In this document: positions 1 through 8,234 of the stretch, piece after piece
Numbering within the stretch: the first letter of the stretch is position 1
Layout: every line of letters starts with the position of its first letter
NCBI GenBank assembly: GCA_964643665.1
Contig: CAZXTK010000002.1
Location: 2,000-37,754 of the forward strand
Direction: 5' to 3'
DNA: 35,755 nucleotides
DNA from: an uncultured Campylobacterales bacterium
GTDB taxonomy: Bacteria; Campylobacterota; Campylobacteria; Campylobacterales; CAZXTK01
Translations under genes and position numbers: made by a program
Notes under the pieces: model-generated
Databases searched by the model: none
What the model was told of the DNA's origin: nothing
The model's input: the letters and a program-made list of their open reading frames with translations, nothing else

Positions 1-2
1 AT

Positions 3-494
3 TATCACTGGGAAGCAAAAGATGTAAAAATAACTGATGATTTTGTAGAAGTAAAATCTAGTGTAGTTGGCACAAAAAATAAGCAAATATATAAATATAG
101 ATACCATATAATAACACATAGCAATGCGACTATTGAATTTGCTTATGCATTTGAACGAGATGGCTTTAAAATGTCTGATACTGATAGCGCAGAGAAGCAC
201 GAAGTTAATGTAAGAGGCACGATAAAAGGCACAAAATTAACTCAAGAGTTCAGAATATGTGATTATGACTTAACTACAGATTGCACAACACAACCATCAC
301 AACCACCACAATCTTATTACGAAATAGAAGCAACTGATATGTTTGGTTTCAAATCAGTACCAATAGCAACAATAAGTAGCACAAGAGAAGCATTTATAAT
401 GCCACTAATAAGCTTAAAGTCTTTTAGTAGTACAGAAGATACAACACAAAAAGCATCAGAACTTTTTGTATCTAATATAGATAATTGGAAATAA
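3..494 (+). CDS. hypothetical protein, C-terminal part; reading frame is open to the left window edge
   Basis: Frame 3 has no stop from nt 3 (YHWEAKDVKITDDF...) to TAA at 492-494, so the listed 171..494 ORF is only the tail of a longer CDS. No family motif recognised. A hairpin follows at 523-542. Confidence 0.45.
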   Translation, partial: YHWEAKDVKITDDFVEVKSSVVGTKNKQIYKYRYHIITHSNATIEFAYAFERDGFKMSDTDSAEKHEVNVRGTIKGTKLTQEFRICDYDLTTDCTTQPSQPPQSYYEIEATDMFGFKSVPIATISSTREAFIMPLISLKSFSSTEDTTQKASELFVSNIDNWK

Positions 495-522
495 ATATAA
501 AAATATAAAATACCACAAAAAG

Positions 523-542
523 CCATAGCCAAAATGGCTATG
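523..542. terminator. stem-loop CATAGCC-loop-GGCTATG; a T-run follows only on the minus strand
   Basis: Read directly: ccatagccaaaatggctatg. The minus-strand reading is CATAGCCATTTTGGCTATGGCTTTTTGTGG, which is terminator-like. On the plus strand an A-run precedes the stem and no U-tract follows. Confidence 0.35.
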
Positions 543-1134
543 TGCTACTTATCGCCCCTCTATCAACTAACTAATCAAGATTTTCTTAACAGACTAATTA
601 TTTAGATAAACATTCAAACAATTACTAACTTTTAGATAATAATTAGAATTTAGTATTCATTAATAATTGCCTTATTTCTTATTGCGTTTTGCATGTGTAT
701 GTTGCTGTATGCTGTATTGGCATATGGCATTATCTGCGCTTTTAGCATACAAGTATGAGCAATTAAATGAATAAATACAAAGATGCAATTATGCACATAT
801 GCAAAAAACATTCAAAGATTTATTAGTGTATTACAATAGCAAACATTTTGCTTGCGCTTATATTGCATTTGCTTATATATAAGGGCTTTTTATATTTGAT
901 AAGTTAGCAATTACAAAAGATAAGCAAGTAAGGGCTATTGCATATTTAAATACACAAGCTGTAAATATAGATAAAACTAAACATAAATACAAAAATAAAA
1001 CAAATATAGTTAGCAAGATTGTTAGTTTTGCTAAGATAAATTAAACCAAAGTAGATAAAAACAAAAGACTTATCTCAATTGAGGTATGCCACCTTTGCTA
1101 CTATGCATACCAATATGCAAAGCAGATAAAAAGT

Positions 1135-1728
1135 TTAGAATAAGTAATTAACCCCTATTCCCAAAGAGCCATAAGAGTTTGTGATAGTTGTTTTTGGTGT
1201 GCTATCGTCTTTTAATTTTTGTATATAGTATTTAAGAGCCAAATCAAATTGAACACTCTGTCTAATATCAACCAACATACCAACACCAAAATTAAAATCA
1301 AACCCACTAAAATCAGAAGATGAGTTCCAAACATAATCAAACCCACCACAATAATATGGGATAAATTTATTTTTAAATCTAATACCTTTTAAAATATTTA
1401 TACCTACTGCTAAATTATCTCCGTCCAAATCTTTTATAGAATTTTTACCCAAAGACAAATCTAGAGCATAAATATCTTTATTATCAACCAACATGCCACC
1501 AAATTTTACACCACTGTGTATAGATCTATAATCTGTGCTCTCGCCACCTTGATAGTTATTATATGCACTATCTTGCTTAACTTTGCTATTTCCGTCACCT
1601 ATTGCACCAAACACACCCACATACCACTTATCTTGGTTGTTTATTATCATATTGTTTTGCTTGTTTGGTTGTGCTGCATGCATTATGCTTGTAATTAGCA
1701 ATAATGCTATCAATAATTTATTTTTCAT
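1135..1728 (-). CDS. small outer-membrane beta-barrel protein (OmpW/OmpX-like OMP_b-brl type)
   Basis: Signal peptide MKNKLLIALLLITSIMHA, alternating hydrophobic beta-strand pattern rich in Gly and aromatics, C-terminal GVNYLF ending in Phe. Confidence 0.7.
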   Translation of the reverse strand: MKNKLLIALLLITSIMHAAQPNKQNNMIINNQDKWYVGVFGAIGDGNSKVKQDSAYNNYQGGESTDYRSIHSGVKFGGMLVDNKDIYALDLSLGKNSIKDLDGDNLAVGINILKGIRFKNKFIPYYCGGFDYVWNSSSDFSGFDFNFGVGMLVDIRQSVQFDLALKYYIQKLKDDSTPKTTITNSYGSLGIGVNYLF

Positions 1729-1758
1729 TTTATATCATAGTCGTTTTATTTTATTTTG

Positions 1759-2550
1759 CTACAAATTAGCCAAGCCGTCTAATGGGCTAGATGCACTTGC
1801 ATATAGTCTTTTGGTCATTCTTTTTGCCAAATACCCCATTCGCCCACTTTTTACAGCCAACTTCATAGCTTGTGCCATAAGCACAGGGTCATTAGAATTT
1901 GATATAGCAGTATTTGTAAGAACTGCATCGGCGCCTATCTCCATAGCTTGCACAGCATCACTAGCACAGCCAATACCTGCATCTACAACAACAGGCACAC
2001 TAAGCGCTTCTTTGATAAAAGATATATTATATTTATTTACAATTCCAAGCCCAGAGCCAATAGGTGCAGCCAAAGGCATAACAGCATCAGCGCCTACATC
2101 TTCTAGTTTTTTGGCAACGATAGGGTCATCACTTGTATATGCCATAACCTCAAAGCCGTCTTTTTTTAGTATCTCGCAAGCTTTTATGGTCTCTGCTACA
2201 TCAGGGTAGAGAGTTTTTTTGCTATCGCCTATCACTTCTAATTTTATAAGGTTAAGCCCTGTTGCTTCTCTTATTAGTCTAAAAGTGCTAACTGCTTCTT
2301 TAGCACTAAAACACCCAGCAGAGTTTGGAAGAAGTTTAATATTTGTATCTTTAAAATAATCCATCAAGTTCTCTTCGTTAGGGTTTGTAATATTTACCCG
2401 TCTAACTGCAACCGTTATAAGCTCGCTACCACTTGCTATTGTTGCATCTTTGGTTGTTTGAAAATCTTTATATTTACCACTACCTACTATCAATCTTGAA
2501 TTAAATGTGTGAGATCCTACTTTAAATACGCTATCTTTAAATTCATCCAT
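1759..2550 (-). CDS. thiG: thiazole synthase ThiG
   Basis: [19 protein letters not shown]..., [25 protein letters not shown] and DAGIG blocks typical of ThiG; 263 aa; AAGGA-type SD upstream. Confidence 0.93.
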   Translation of the reverse strand: MDEFKDSVFKVGSHTFNSRLIVGSGKYKDFQTTKDATIASGSELITVAVRRVNITNPNEENLMDYFKDTNIKLLPNSAGCFSAKEAVSTFRLIREATGLNLIKLEVIGDSKKTLYPDVAETIKACEILKKDGFEVMAYTSDDPIVAKKLEDVGADAVMPLAAPIGSGLGIVNKYNISFIKEALSVPVVVDAGIGCASDAVQAMEIGADAVLTNTAISNSNDPVLMAQAMKLAVKSGRMGYLAKRMTKRLYASASSPLDGLANL

Positions 2551-2588
2551 CTGCTTTCCTTATTTTTAGTAATTATATCTTATAGTGC

Positions 2589-2918
2589 TTAATTTTTAAA
2601 CTGCCATTTATCTTGTTTTAGTAGCTCTTTTGCTCTAATAACAAAGTCGCCATTTAAGATGATAAAATGATTTTTAAAACTCCCGCCCGTTGCCAATTTG
2701 GCTTTTAGTTTTTTGGCTAATTTATCTCCATCTTGTTTTGATATATAAAATTCGCCTATTTTTGTAACTATATTGTTTTTTGTTTTTTGTTTTTGCATTG
2801 TTAATATATGCTCATTTTTTGGCAATATTTTTGCACATTGTGGCTGTGGTTTTTGTTTTTGCGAATAATCCACATCATCAAACTTAGCGCCCATTTCAAA
2901 CAAGTTGCTCTTACACAT
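2589..2918 (-). CDS. SUI1/YciH-like translation initiation factor family protein
   Basis: C-terminal LAKKLKAKLATGGSFKNHFIILNGDFVIRAKELLKQ resembles the SUI1/eIF1 fold signature of YciH; 109 aa. The start overlaps the tsaD stop by 8 nt; an alternative ATG lies at 2894. Confidence 0.55.
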   Translation of the reverse strand: MCKSNLFEMGAKFDDVDYSQKQKPQPQCAKILPKNEHILTMQKQKTKNNIVTKIGEFYISKQDGDKLAKKLKAKLATGGSFKNHFIILNGDFVIRAKELLKQDKWQFKN

Positions 2919-3897
2919 CGCTAAAATCTCCGTCTTTGTATTGCTCTATGCCTACCCTGCCAATCATAGCTGCATTATCACTACAATACTCCAAAGGTGC
3001 AAACATAATCTCCATATCGTATTCTTTGCATAATGCGCTAAATTTTTCTCTTACATACAAATTTGCACTAGCTCCGCCAACAATAGCAAACTTTTTGCCC
3101 CTAAAAGTGTTGTTGGTTTGCAATAATAATTTTGTTTTTTGATACAAATGCTCAACCCCAACCCTCTGAAAACTAGCACATATATTGTAAATATTCTCGT
3201 GTGTTAGTTGATTGTTATCTTTTAGCTCTTGTATTTGCAATCTTACGGCATTTTTAAGCCCGCTAAATGAGAACTCTAATTTAGCATTTTGCTTATTTTT
3301 ACTAAGCGGTATAGGAAAGTTAAAAAACCTCTCATCGCCCTTTTTTGCTAATTGCTCTATTATAGCACCGCCAGGGTATCCAAGATCTAACATTCTTGCA
3401 ACCTTATCAAAACTCTCTCCAAAGCTATCATCGCTTGTATTAGCTAATATCTCGTTGTTTTTGTAGCCATTTGCATTTATTATTTGAGTATGTCCTCCAG
3501 ATATCAAAAGCACACAAATATTGCTATCAAAAGATGTTGGGTTATTGATAAACAAAGAATAAATATGCCCACTTAGATGATTGGTTTTTATGTATTTTAT
3601 GCCCAAAGATATGCTTATGGCTTTTGCCATCATAATGCCTTGGGTTAGAGTAATATTTAGCCCCGGCTCAGTAGTTACGCATACTGCTTTTAGCTTATCA
3701 AAATAAGGCTCACACTCGCTAAGTATTTTTGGCAAAGCTTGTATATGCAATCTTGAAGCAAGCTCTGGGACAACGCCTCCGTGGTATGAGTGTTTTAACT
3801 CTTGGCTTATTTTTTTATGGAATATAAGAGAGCAAGTTTGTATATCGCTAATTGCAATAGCGCTATCATCACAAGAGCTCTCTATGCTTAAAATCAT
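2911..3897 (-). CDS. tsaD: tRNA N6-adenosine threonylcarbamoyltransferase TsaD
   Basis: MILSIESSCDDSAIAI, HSYHGGVVPELASRLH, LLISGGHTQ, GYPGG and VGGASAN motifs of the Kae1/TsaD family. Confidence 0.93.
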   Translation of the reverse strand: MILSIESSCDDSAIAISDIQTCSLIFHKKISQELKHSYHGGVVPELASRLHIQALPKILSECEPYFDKLKAVCVTTEPGLNITLTQGIMMAKAISISLGIKYIKTNHLSGHIYSLFINNPTSFDSNICVLLISGGHTQIINANGYKNNEILANTSDDSFGESFDKVARMLDLGYPGGAIIEQLAKKGDERFFNFPIPLSKNKQNAKLEFSFSGLKNAVRLQIQELKDNNQLTHENIYNICASFQRVGVEHLYQKTKLLLQTNNTFRGKKFAIVGGASANLYVREKFSALCKEYDMEIMFAPLEYCSDNAAMIGRVGIEQYKDGDFSDV

Positions 3898-3909
3898 AAT
3901 AAACCTAAA

Positions 3910-4350
3910 TCAAAAAACGCTATTTCTTACACATCGGAAGTTTTTTTTCAGCTTTTTATCTCCATAGAAATATGCATAAGATTTGATATGCAAAAAATAT
4001 GCCCAATAGCCAAAATTTCTCCAAGTAGTATCACTGCTCCAATAATCGCCATTAGCATTTAGGTATTTAAACTTATGGTGATGTTTGACATCTCTTTTGA
4101 TATTTCCAAATTTTGATGTTTTTGTTGTGGTTCGTGTATATACCTCATCAAACTCATCCATGCTTGGCAAATGCCAATCATCAACCTCGTATAATCTTAA
4201 ATTTTTGCAATACTCACTTGCTTGTTTGTGAGTCATTGTTGTATTTTTATTTATAGCTTCATCTTGCCAAATAAGACTATCTGCAAACAAATTGTTAAAT
4301 GCAAATACTACAAACAACATTCCAACCATCAATTTTGTGCGTATTTTCAT
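3910..4350 (-). CDS. exported DUF1566 (Lcl C-terminal domain) protein
   Basis: Signal peptide MKIRTKLMVGMLFVVFAFNNLFA. WQDE...MTHKQASEYCKNL...DDWHLPSMDEFDEV, YWSSDT and a terminal FRCVR match the DUF1566 pattern. Confidence 0.7.
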   Translation of the reverse strand: MKIRTKLMVGMLFVVFAFNNLFADSLIWQDEAINKNTTMTHKQASEYCKNLRLYEVDDWHLPSMDEFDEVYTRTTTKTSKFGNIKRDVKHHHKFKYLNANGDYWSSDTTWRNFGYWAYFLHIKSYAYFYGDKKLKKNFRCVRNSVF

Positions 4351-4351
4351 A

Positions 4352-5497
4352 TCAAACCTTTAAGCTTTGTGCGTATTTTCTAATCTCTAAGTCAGCTAAA
4401 AATACATCATCTATGTTTTGTAATTTTATATTATGAAACCTATTTATGCTTTTTATGTTTATTTTTGCAATATCTAAAAACGATATTGAGCCTTTTAAAA
4501 ACTTATCAACCGCTATTTCATTAGCTGCATTTAAAACAACACCTAAATTATCGTTTTTTATAAAGTCGTTTTTTATCTGCCAAATTGGATATCTTGATTT
4601 TTTTATTTTTTTAAACTCTAATTTTTGTAATTTACATAGATTTATATTTTTTACTATTTGCATTTTTTTATGGTATTTTTTTAGCTCTTTTTTATCATTC
4701 AAGCTTACATCAATACACTCACTCATTGCATACACTATTGGTATTTTCATATCAGGGTTAGACAGATGTGCCACAGATGTGCCATCATTAAAGCTAACCA
4801 TCGCATGCATTATACTCTTTGGCTCAATAAAGGCATCTACTTTTTTGGTATTAAACAGCCATCTTGCTTCTAAAAGCTCAAAAAGCTTATTGCACATTGT
4901 GGCACTGTCTATTGTGATTTTATCGCCCATTGACCAATTTGGGTGATTTAGCGCATCTTGTATGCTTACATTTTTTAGCTTTTTTAAGCTTTTACCTCTA
5001 AAAGCTCCACCACTTGCGCAAATGAATAGTTGTTTTATTTTTTGATTATTGTTATGCAATAAACTTTTTAGCGAAAAATGCTCACTATCTACAGGTATGA
5101 TGTTTGATATATCTATAAACTTACCAGCTACCACTAAGCTTTCTTTGTTTGCTAATGCTAATTTTTTGCCAAGTTTTAAACTAAGAGCAGATGAGCTAAG
5201 ACCTAAAAAGCCAACAAGACCATTTAGCACCAAATTACTATTTGAATTTTGTATAAGCTCTAAAATACCACCCTCACCTACAAAAATATTGCCATCTAAA
5301 TATTTATGCTCTGCAAGAACTTTTTGTTTGATTTGCTTGTTGGCAACTGCTACTAATTTTGGCTTATGTTTGTGTATTTGCTTATTTAGTAGTTTGTAAT
5401 TAAGCCCTGCTACTAATGCTTCAATTTTTATATCAAATTTAGATGCAATACTAAGAGCATTTACTCCAATGGAGCCTGTGGAGCCTAAAAGTATCAA
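4352..5497 (-). CDS. dxr: 1-deoxy-D-xylulose 5-phosphate reductoisomerase
   Basis: MILLGSTGSIGVNAL NADPH-binding N-terminus, LANKESLV, PVDSEH, NHPNWSMG.KITIDSATM.NK and LNAANE motifs. Confidence 0.95.
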   Translation of the reverse strand: MILLGSTGSIGVNALSIASKFDIKIEALVAGLNYKLLNKQIHKHKPKLVAVANKQIKQKVLAEHKYLDGNIFVGEGGILELIQNSNSNLVLNGLVGFLGLSSSALSLKLGKKLALANKESLVVAGKFIDISNIIPVDSEHFSLKSLLHNNNQKIKQLFICASGGAFRGKSLKKLKNVSIQDALNHPNWSMGDKITIDSATMCNKLFELLEARWLFNTKKVDAFIEPKSIMHAMVSFNDGTSVAHLSNPDMKIPIVYAMSECIDVSLNDKKELKKYHKKMQIVKNINLCKLQKLEFKKIKKSRYPIWQIKNDFIKNDNLGVVLNAANEIAVDKFLKGSISFLDIAKINIKSINRFHNIKLQNIDDVFLADLEIRKYAQSLKV

Positions 5498-5528
5498 AAT
5501 ATATCACTTATCGTTTATCTTAGAGGCC

Positions 5529-6323
5529 CTAAAAGCTAAGCAATGCATAAAAAGCAACCACTGCAAATAAATATCCATCTAATCTATCTAAAACACCACC
5601 ATGCCCTGGCAACAATGAGCCACTATCTTTTACCCCTGCTTTTCTTTTGAGCATACTTTCATATAAATCTCCAAATACACTAGCAACAGCTACCAAAAAT
5701 GCAATAAATATAGATGATACAAAACCAACATCGCTTGGAGAGATGATGATAGACACCAACATACTTGCTAAAATTCCAGAAAACACGCCCTCTAATGTTT
5801 TGTTTGGGCTTGTTTTGCAAAAACTTGTTTTGCCAAAGAACTTACCACCAACAAATGCAAAAATATCACAAAATGAAACTATCGCAATAAGCCATATAAG
5901 ATATGCTATACCATAAACATCGTATAGAGCAAGTAAAAACAAAATAGGTGCTATTGGATAAAGTAGAGGTTTTAATATATTGCTATCAAAGTCTTTATCA
6001 TAAGCCACAAAAGAGCCAATAGCAATAATTGCAATATATACCAAATAATGAGCATCACTAACAAATAAAGCACATAGCCAAAGAGCTCCTGCCATTATAT
6101 AGACATGGCTTTCTTCTAACTCGTTAGTGTTGTTTTTTGTCTCTTTTATAGATGCTAATTGATACAACTCCAAAAACTCATACAAAGCACCAAACATAAT
6201 AACACCAAACATAAGCCACCATAGAAAAAAGCTATCTATTAGGCTCAAAGATAAAATACCAATTAAAAGATAAATTCCGGTTTGAATTCGTTGAGAGTAT
6301 TTTGATATAAAATCTTTTAGCAT
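5529..6323 (-). CDS. cdsA: phosphatidate cytidylyltransferase
   Basis: Polytopic membrane protein with the CDS signature SPNKTLEG...FGDLYESMLKRKAGVKDSGSLLPGHGGVLDRLD. Confidence 0.9.
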   Translation of the reverse strand: MLKDFISKYSQRIQTGIYLLIGILSLSLIDSFFLWWLMFGVIMFGALYEFLELYQLASIKETKNNTNELEESHVYIMAGALWLCALFVSDAHYLVYIAIIAIGSFVAYDKDFDSNILKPLLYPIAPILFLLALYDVYGIAYLIWLIAIVSFCDIFAFVGGKFFGKTSFCKTSPNKTLEGVFSGILASMLVSIIISPSDVGFVSSIFIAFLVAVASVFGDLYESMLKRKAGVKDSGSLLPGHGGVLDRLDGYLFAVVAFYALLSF

Positions 6324-6341
6324 TTAAAACCTTCTTGTGCT

Positions 6342-6358
6342 TGTGTGAATTTCACACA
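6342..6358. promoter_or_regulatory. perfect 17-bp palindrome TGTGTGAA-T-TTCACACA in the cdsA / DUF1624 divergent intergenic region; candidate operator or 5-prime UTR hairpin
   Basis: Read directly. 8-bp arms with a 1-nt centre, 19 nt upstream of the cdsA ATG and 45 nt upstream of the 6403 ATG, preceded by a CTTGTG CTTGTG direct repeat. Confidence 0.3.
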
Positions 6359-6402
6359 TAATATATATTATATAACACTTTTGATTATGTTACAATAAAA
6401 TT

Positions 6403-7158
6403 ATGCAAAAGAATACAAATACTCATACAACAACTACACAAAATCGGATAGAAGTTTTAGATACACTTCGTGGCATAGCTGTGGTTTTAATGATAGCTTT
6501 TCATTTTTGTTATGATCTTAATGATTTTGGATATAGCAATTTTGATATGTTTAACAATATATATTGGGAAGCTTTTAGAGCTGTTATAGTAGGGCTTTTT
6601 GCTTTTTGTGTTGGGTATAGTTTTCATATAAGCCACAAAAATGCTACTTATATAAATATAAAAAAATTTAAATCCGTATTGCTAAGATTATTTATCAGTG
6701 CTTGTTTGGTAAGTATTGCTACTTATGCTATTTTTCCTGACGAATGGATATATTTTGGCATATTACATTTTATTTTATTATCTTATTTTTTATTATTCTT
6801 TGTATATTGGTTAGAAAATATCTACTTGCTTATTCTTGCTTTTGGACTTTTTATTCTTAATATTTTTGATGTAATTGATGGTAATTTTATAATACATTTT
6901 GCTGTGAGATATTTGGATGCGCCACATAAAACATTAGATATGGTTGCTTTTATTCCTTGGTTTTGTATTATTTTGATTGGGTTGATTTGTTCTAAATTAG
7001 AGTTATTGCAAAAAATAAAGCTAAACACTATAAATATTTTATCAAACAAAAGTGGGATCAATTTTTTAGGAAGACATGCTCTTTTTATATATTTAATACA
7101 TCAAATAATAATGTTTGGATTGTTTGAGGGTTTTATATTTGTAACAAATACATTATAA
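6403..7158 (+). CDS. DUF1624 / heparan-alpha-glucosaminide N-acetyltransferase-like membrane protein
   Basis: N-terminal RIEVLDTLRGIAVVLMIAFHFCYDLNDFG motif, multiple TM helices, terminal LGRHALFIYLIHQ. Confidence 0.7.
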   Translation: MQKNTNTHTTTTQNRIEVLDTLRGIAVVLMIAFHFCYDLNDFGYSNFDMFNNIYWEAFRAVIVGLFAFCVGYSFHISHKNATYINIKKFKSVLLRLFISACLVSIATYAIFPDEWIYFGILHFILLSYFLLFFVYWLENIYLLILAFGLFILNIFDVIDGNFIIHFAVRYLDAPHKTLDMVAFIPWFCIILIGLICSKLELLQKIKLNTINILSNKSGINFLGRHALFIYLIHQIIMFGLFEGFIFVTNTL

Positions 7159-7212
7159 ATAAAAATATAAAATAATTTGAAACAGTTATTTTATAACAAA
7201 AGGAAAGAAATC

Positions 7213-7236
7213 TTACACAAGCAAAAGCTTGTGTAA
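7213..7236. terminator. bidirectional intrinsic terminator between the convergent DUF1624 gene and atpE
   Basis: Perfect 10-bp stem TTACACAAGC-AAAA-GCTTGTGTAA. The minus-strand reading is followed by GATTTCTTTCCTTTTG, 12 nt after the atpE stop. Confidence 0.7.
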
Positions 7237-7247
7237 ATATTTAAATA

Positions 7248-7553
7248 CTATCCTAAAAATGGATTAGAATATAAAACAATCAATGCGATAACAAGTGTAT
7301 AAATAACTTGTGCTTCAATCATTGCAAGTGCAATAAACATTGTTGTCATAAGTTTTCCGCCCATACCAGGGTTTCTTGCAGTTCCAGCAATAGTAGATGC
7401 AGCAGCATTACCCATACCAATTGCACCACCCATTGCAGCTATACCAAGACCAACACCAGCAGCCAATACTGAGTATGCTTGAATCATTTCTACGCCATCT
7501 GCACCAAATGCAAATGCACCAAATGCTACAAATAATAAAACTATTTTTTTCAT
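7248..7553 (-). CDS. atpE: F0F1 ATP synthase subunit c
   Basis: GLGIAAMGGAIGMGN...ARNPG...MFIALAMIEAQVIYTLVIALIVLY hairpin with the conserved carboxylate (E). AAGGAGAAA SD. No other atp genes are adjacent. Confidence 0.95.
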   Translation of the reverse strand: MKKIVLLFVAFGAFAFGADGVEMIQAYSVLAAGVGLGIAAMGGAIGMGNAAASTIAGTARNPGMGGKLMTTMFIALAMIEAQVIYTLVIALIVLYSNPFLG

Positions 7554-7697
7554 TATTTCTCCTTAAATATTTAAATTGTCGTCAATCGTTCGGCTTGCGT
7601 AACCAAAACAAAATGCTTTGGCAACTATAACATAAATGCAATAGTTTCCCTACTAAATATAACAACAGATTATAACATACATTAATTTAAACTAAAT

Positions 7698-8234
7698 TTA
7701 TTTATTTTCTATGCTTTTTATTATAAAAGCGAACAATGGCAATACAGATATACCTATCAAAAATGCATAAATATTCATAAGATGATTATCACTAAGATAA
7801 ATGTAGCCATAACATAAAATCACATACCCCAAAATTTTTGGCAAAAACAAAAACATTTTTATATTTATAGAAGTTTGATTAAACTGCTTTTGGAGTTTAT
7901 CTTGCTTTTTGTCTAACTTTTTTTTTGTCTTTTTTGTCTTTTTTTTATTCTTTACATCTAACTCTTTTTTGCTCGTATTGTCATTTAATGCTATGCTATT
8001 TTTTTGTTTGTTTTTGGGTTTTTTGTTTTTTTTGTTTGTTTTTATTTTATACTCGCTTGCATTTTGCAATATACTTTTTTGATACGAATAAAAAGAGCTA
8101 AAAATTATAAAACAAGTGCTAATTCCACCAATAAAATACGATAAAAAATAAGACAAACTATTAAAATACAAATACACTACCAAAGCACTAATAGCAAAGA
8201 ATGCTATAAAAATAATCATATTTTGCTTACTCAT
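7698..8234 (-). CDS. membrane protein with two N-terminal and two C-terminal TM helices split by a roughly 55-aa lysine-rich insert; possibly AtpI-like
   Basis: Hydrophobic segments IIFIAFFAISALVVYLYF, FIGGISTCFIIFSSF, ILGYVILCYGYIYL and IYAFLIGISVLPLFAFII. K-rich linker KTNKKNKKPKNKQKN...KKKTKKTKKKLDKKQDK. Start overlaps the upstream gene by 8 nt. Confidence 0.55.
   Translation of the reverse strand: MSKQNMIIFIAFFAISALVVYLYFNSLSYFLSYFIGGISTCFIIFSSFYSYQKSILQNASEYKIKTNKKNKKPKNKQKNSIALNDNTSKKELDVKNKKKTKKTKKKLDKKQDKLQKQFNQTSINIKMFLFLPKILGYVILCYGYIYLSDNHLMNIYAFLIGISVLPLFAFIIKSIENK

Noticed and set aside
534-826. Other mini-ORFs in the left spacer: 534-605 (MAMCYLSPLYQLTNQDFLNRLII) and 767-826 (MNKYKDAIMHICKKHSKIY).
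   Set aside because: They have no SD and no distinctive composition, and the first overlaps the terminator hairpin. They cannot be distinguished from chance ORFs without conservation data.
1583-2209. Long antisense ORFs in the six-frame track. Examples: 1583-2209 opposite thiG, 4446-4946 and 5049-5399 opposite dxr, 25385-26297 and 26772-27173 opposite clpB, 29299-29724 opposite the TRAP permease, 33283-33717 opposite yeiH.
   Set aside because: Each lies fully inside a CDS with strong family motifs on the other strand. Their translations are low-complexity (L/S/F/I-rich) with no recognisable motifs or SD sequences. This is typical shadow-frame openness in AT-rich genomes.
6342-6358. TGTGA...TCACA half-sites, read as a CRP/FNR-type binding site.
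   Set aside because: The half-sites are separated by 3 nt, not the 6 nt of the CRP consensus TGTGA-N6-TCACA. It is kept only as an unassigned palindrome.
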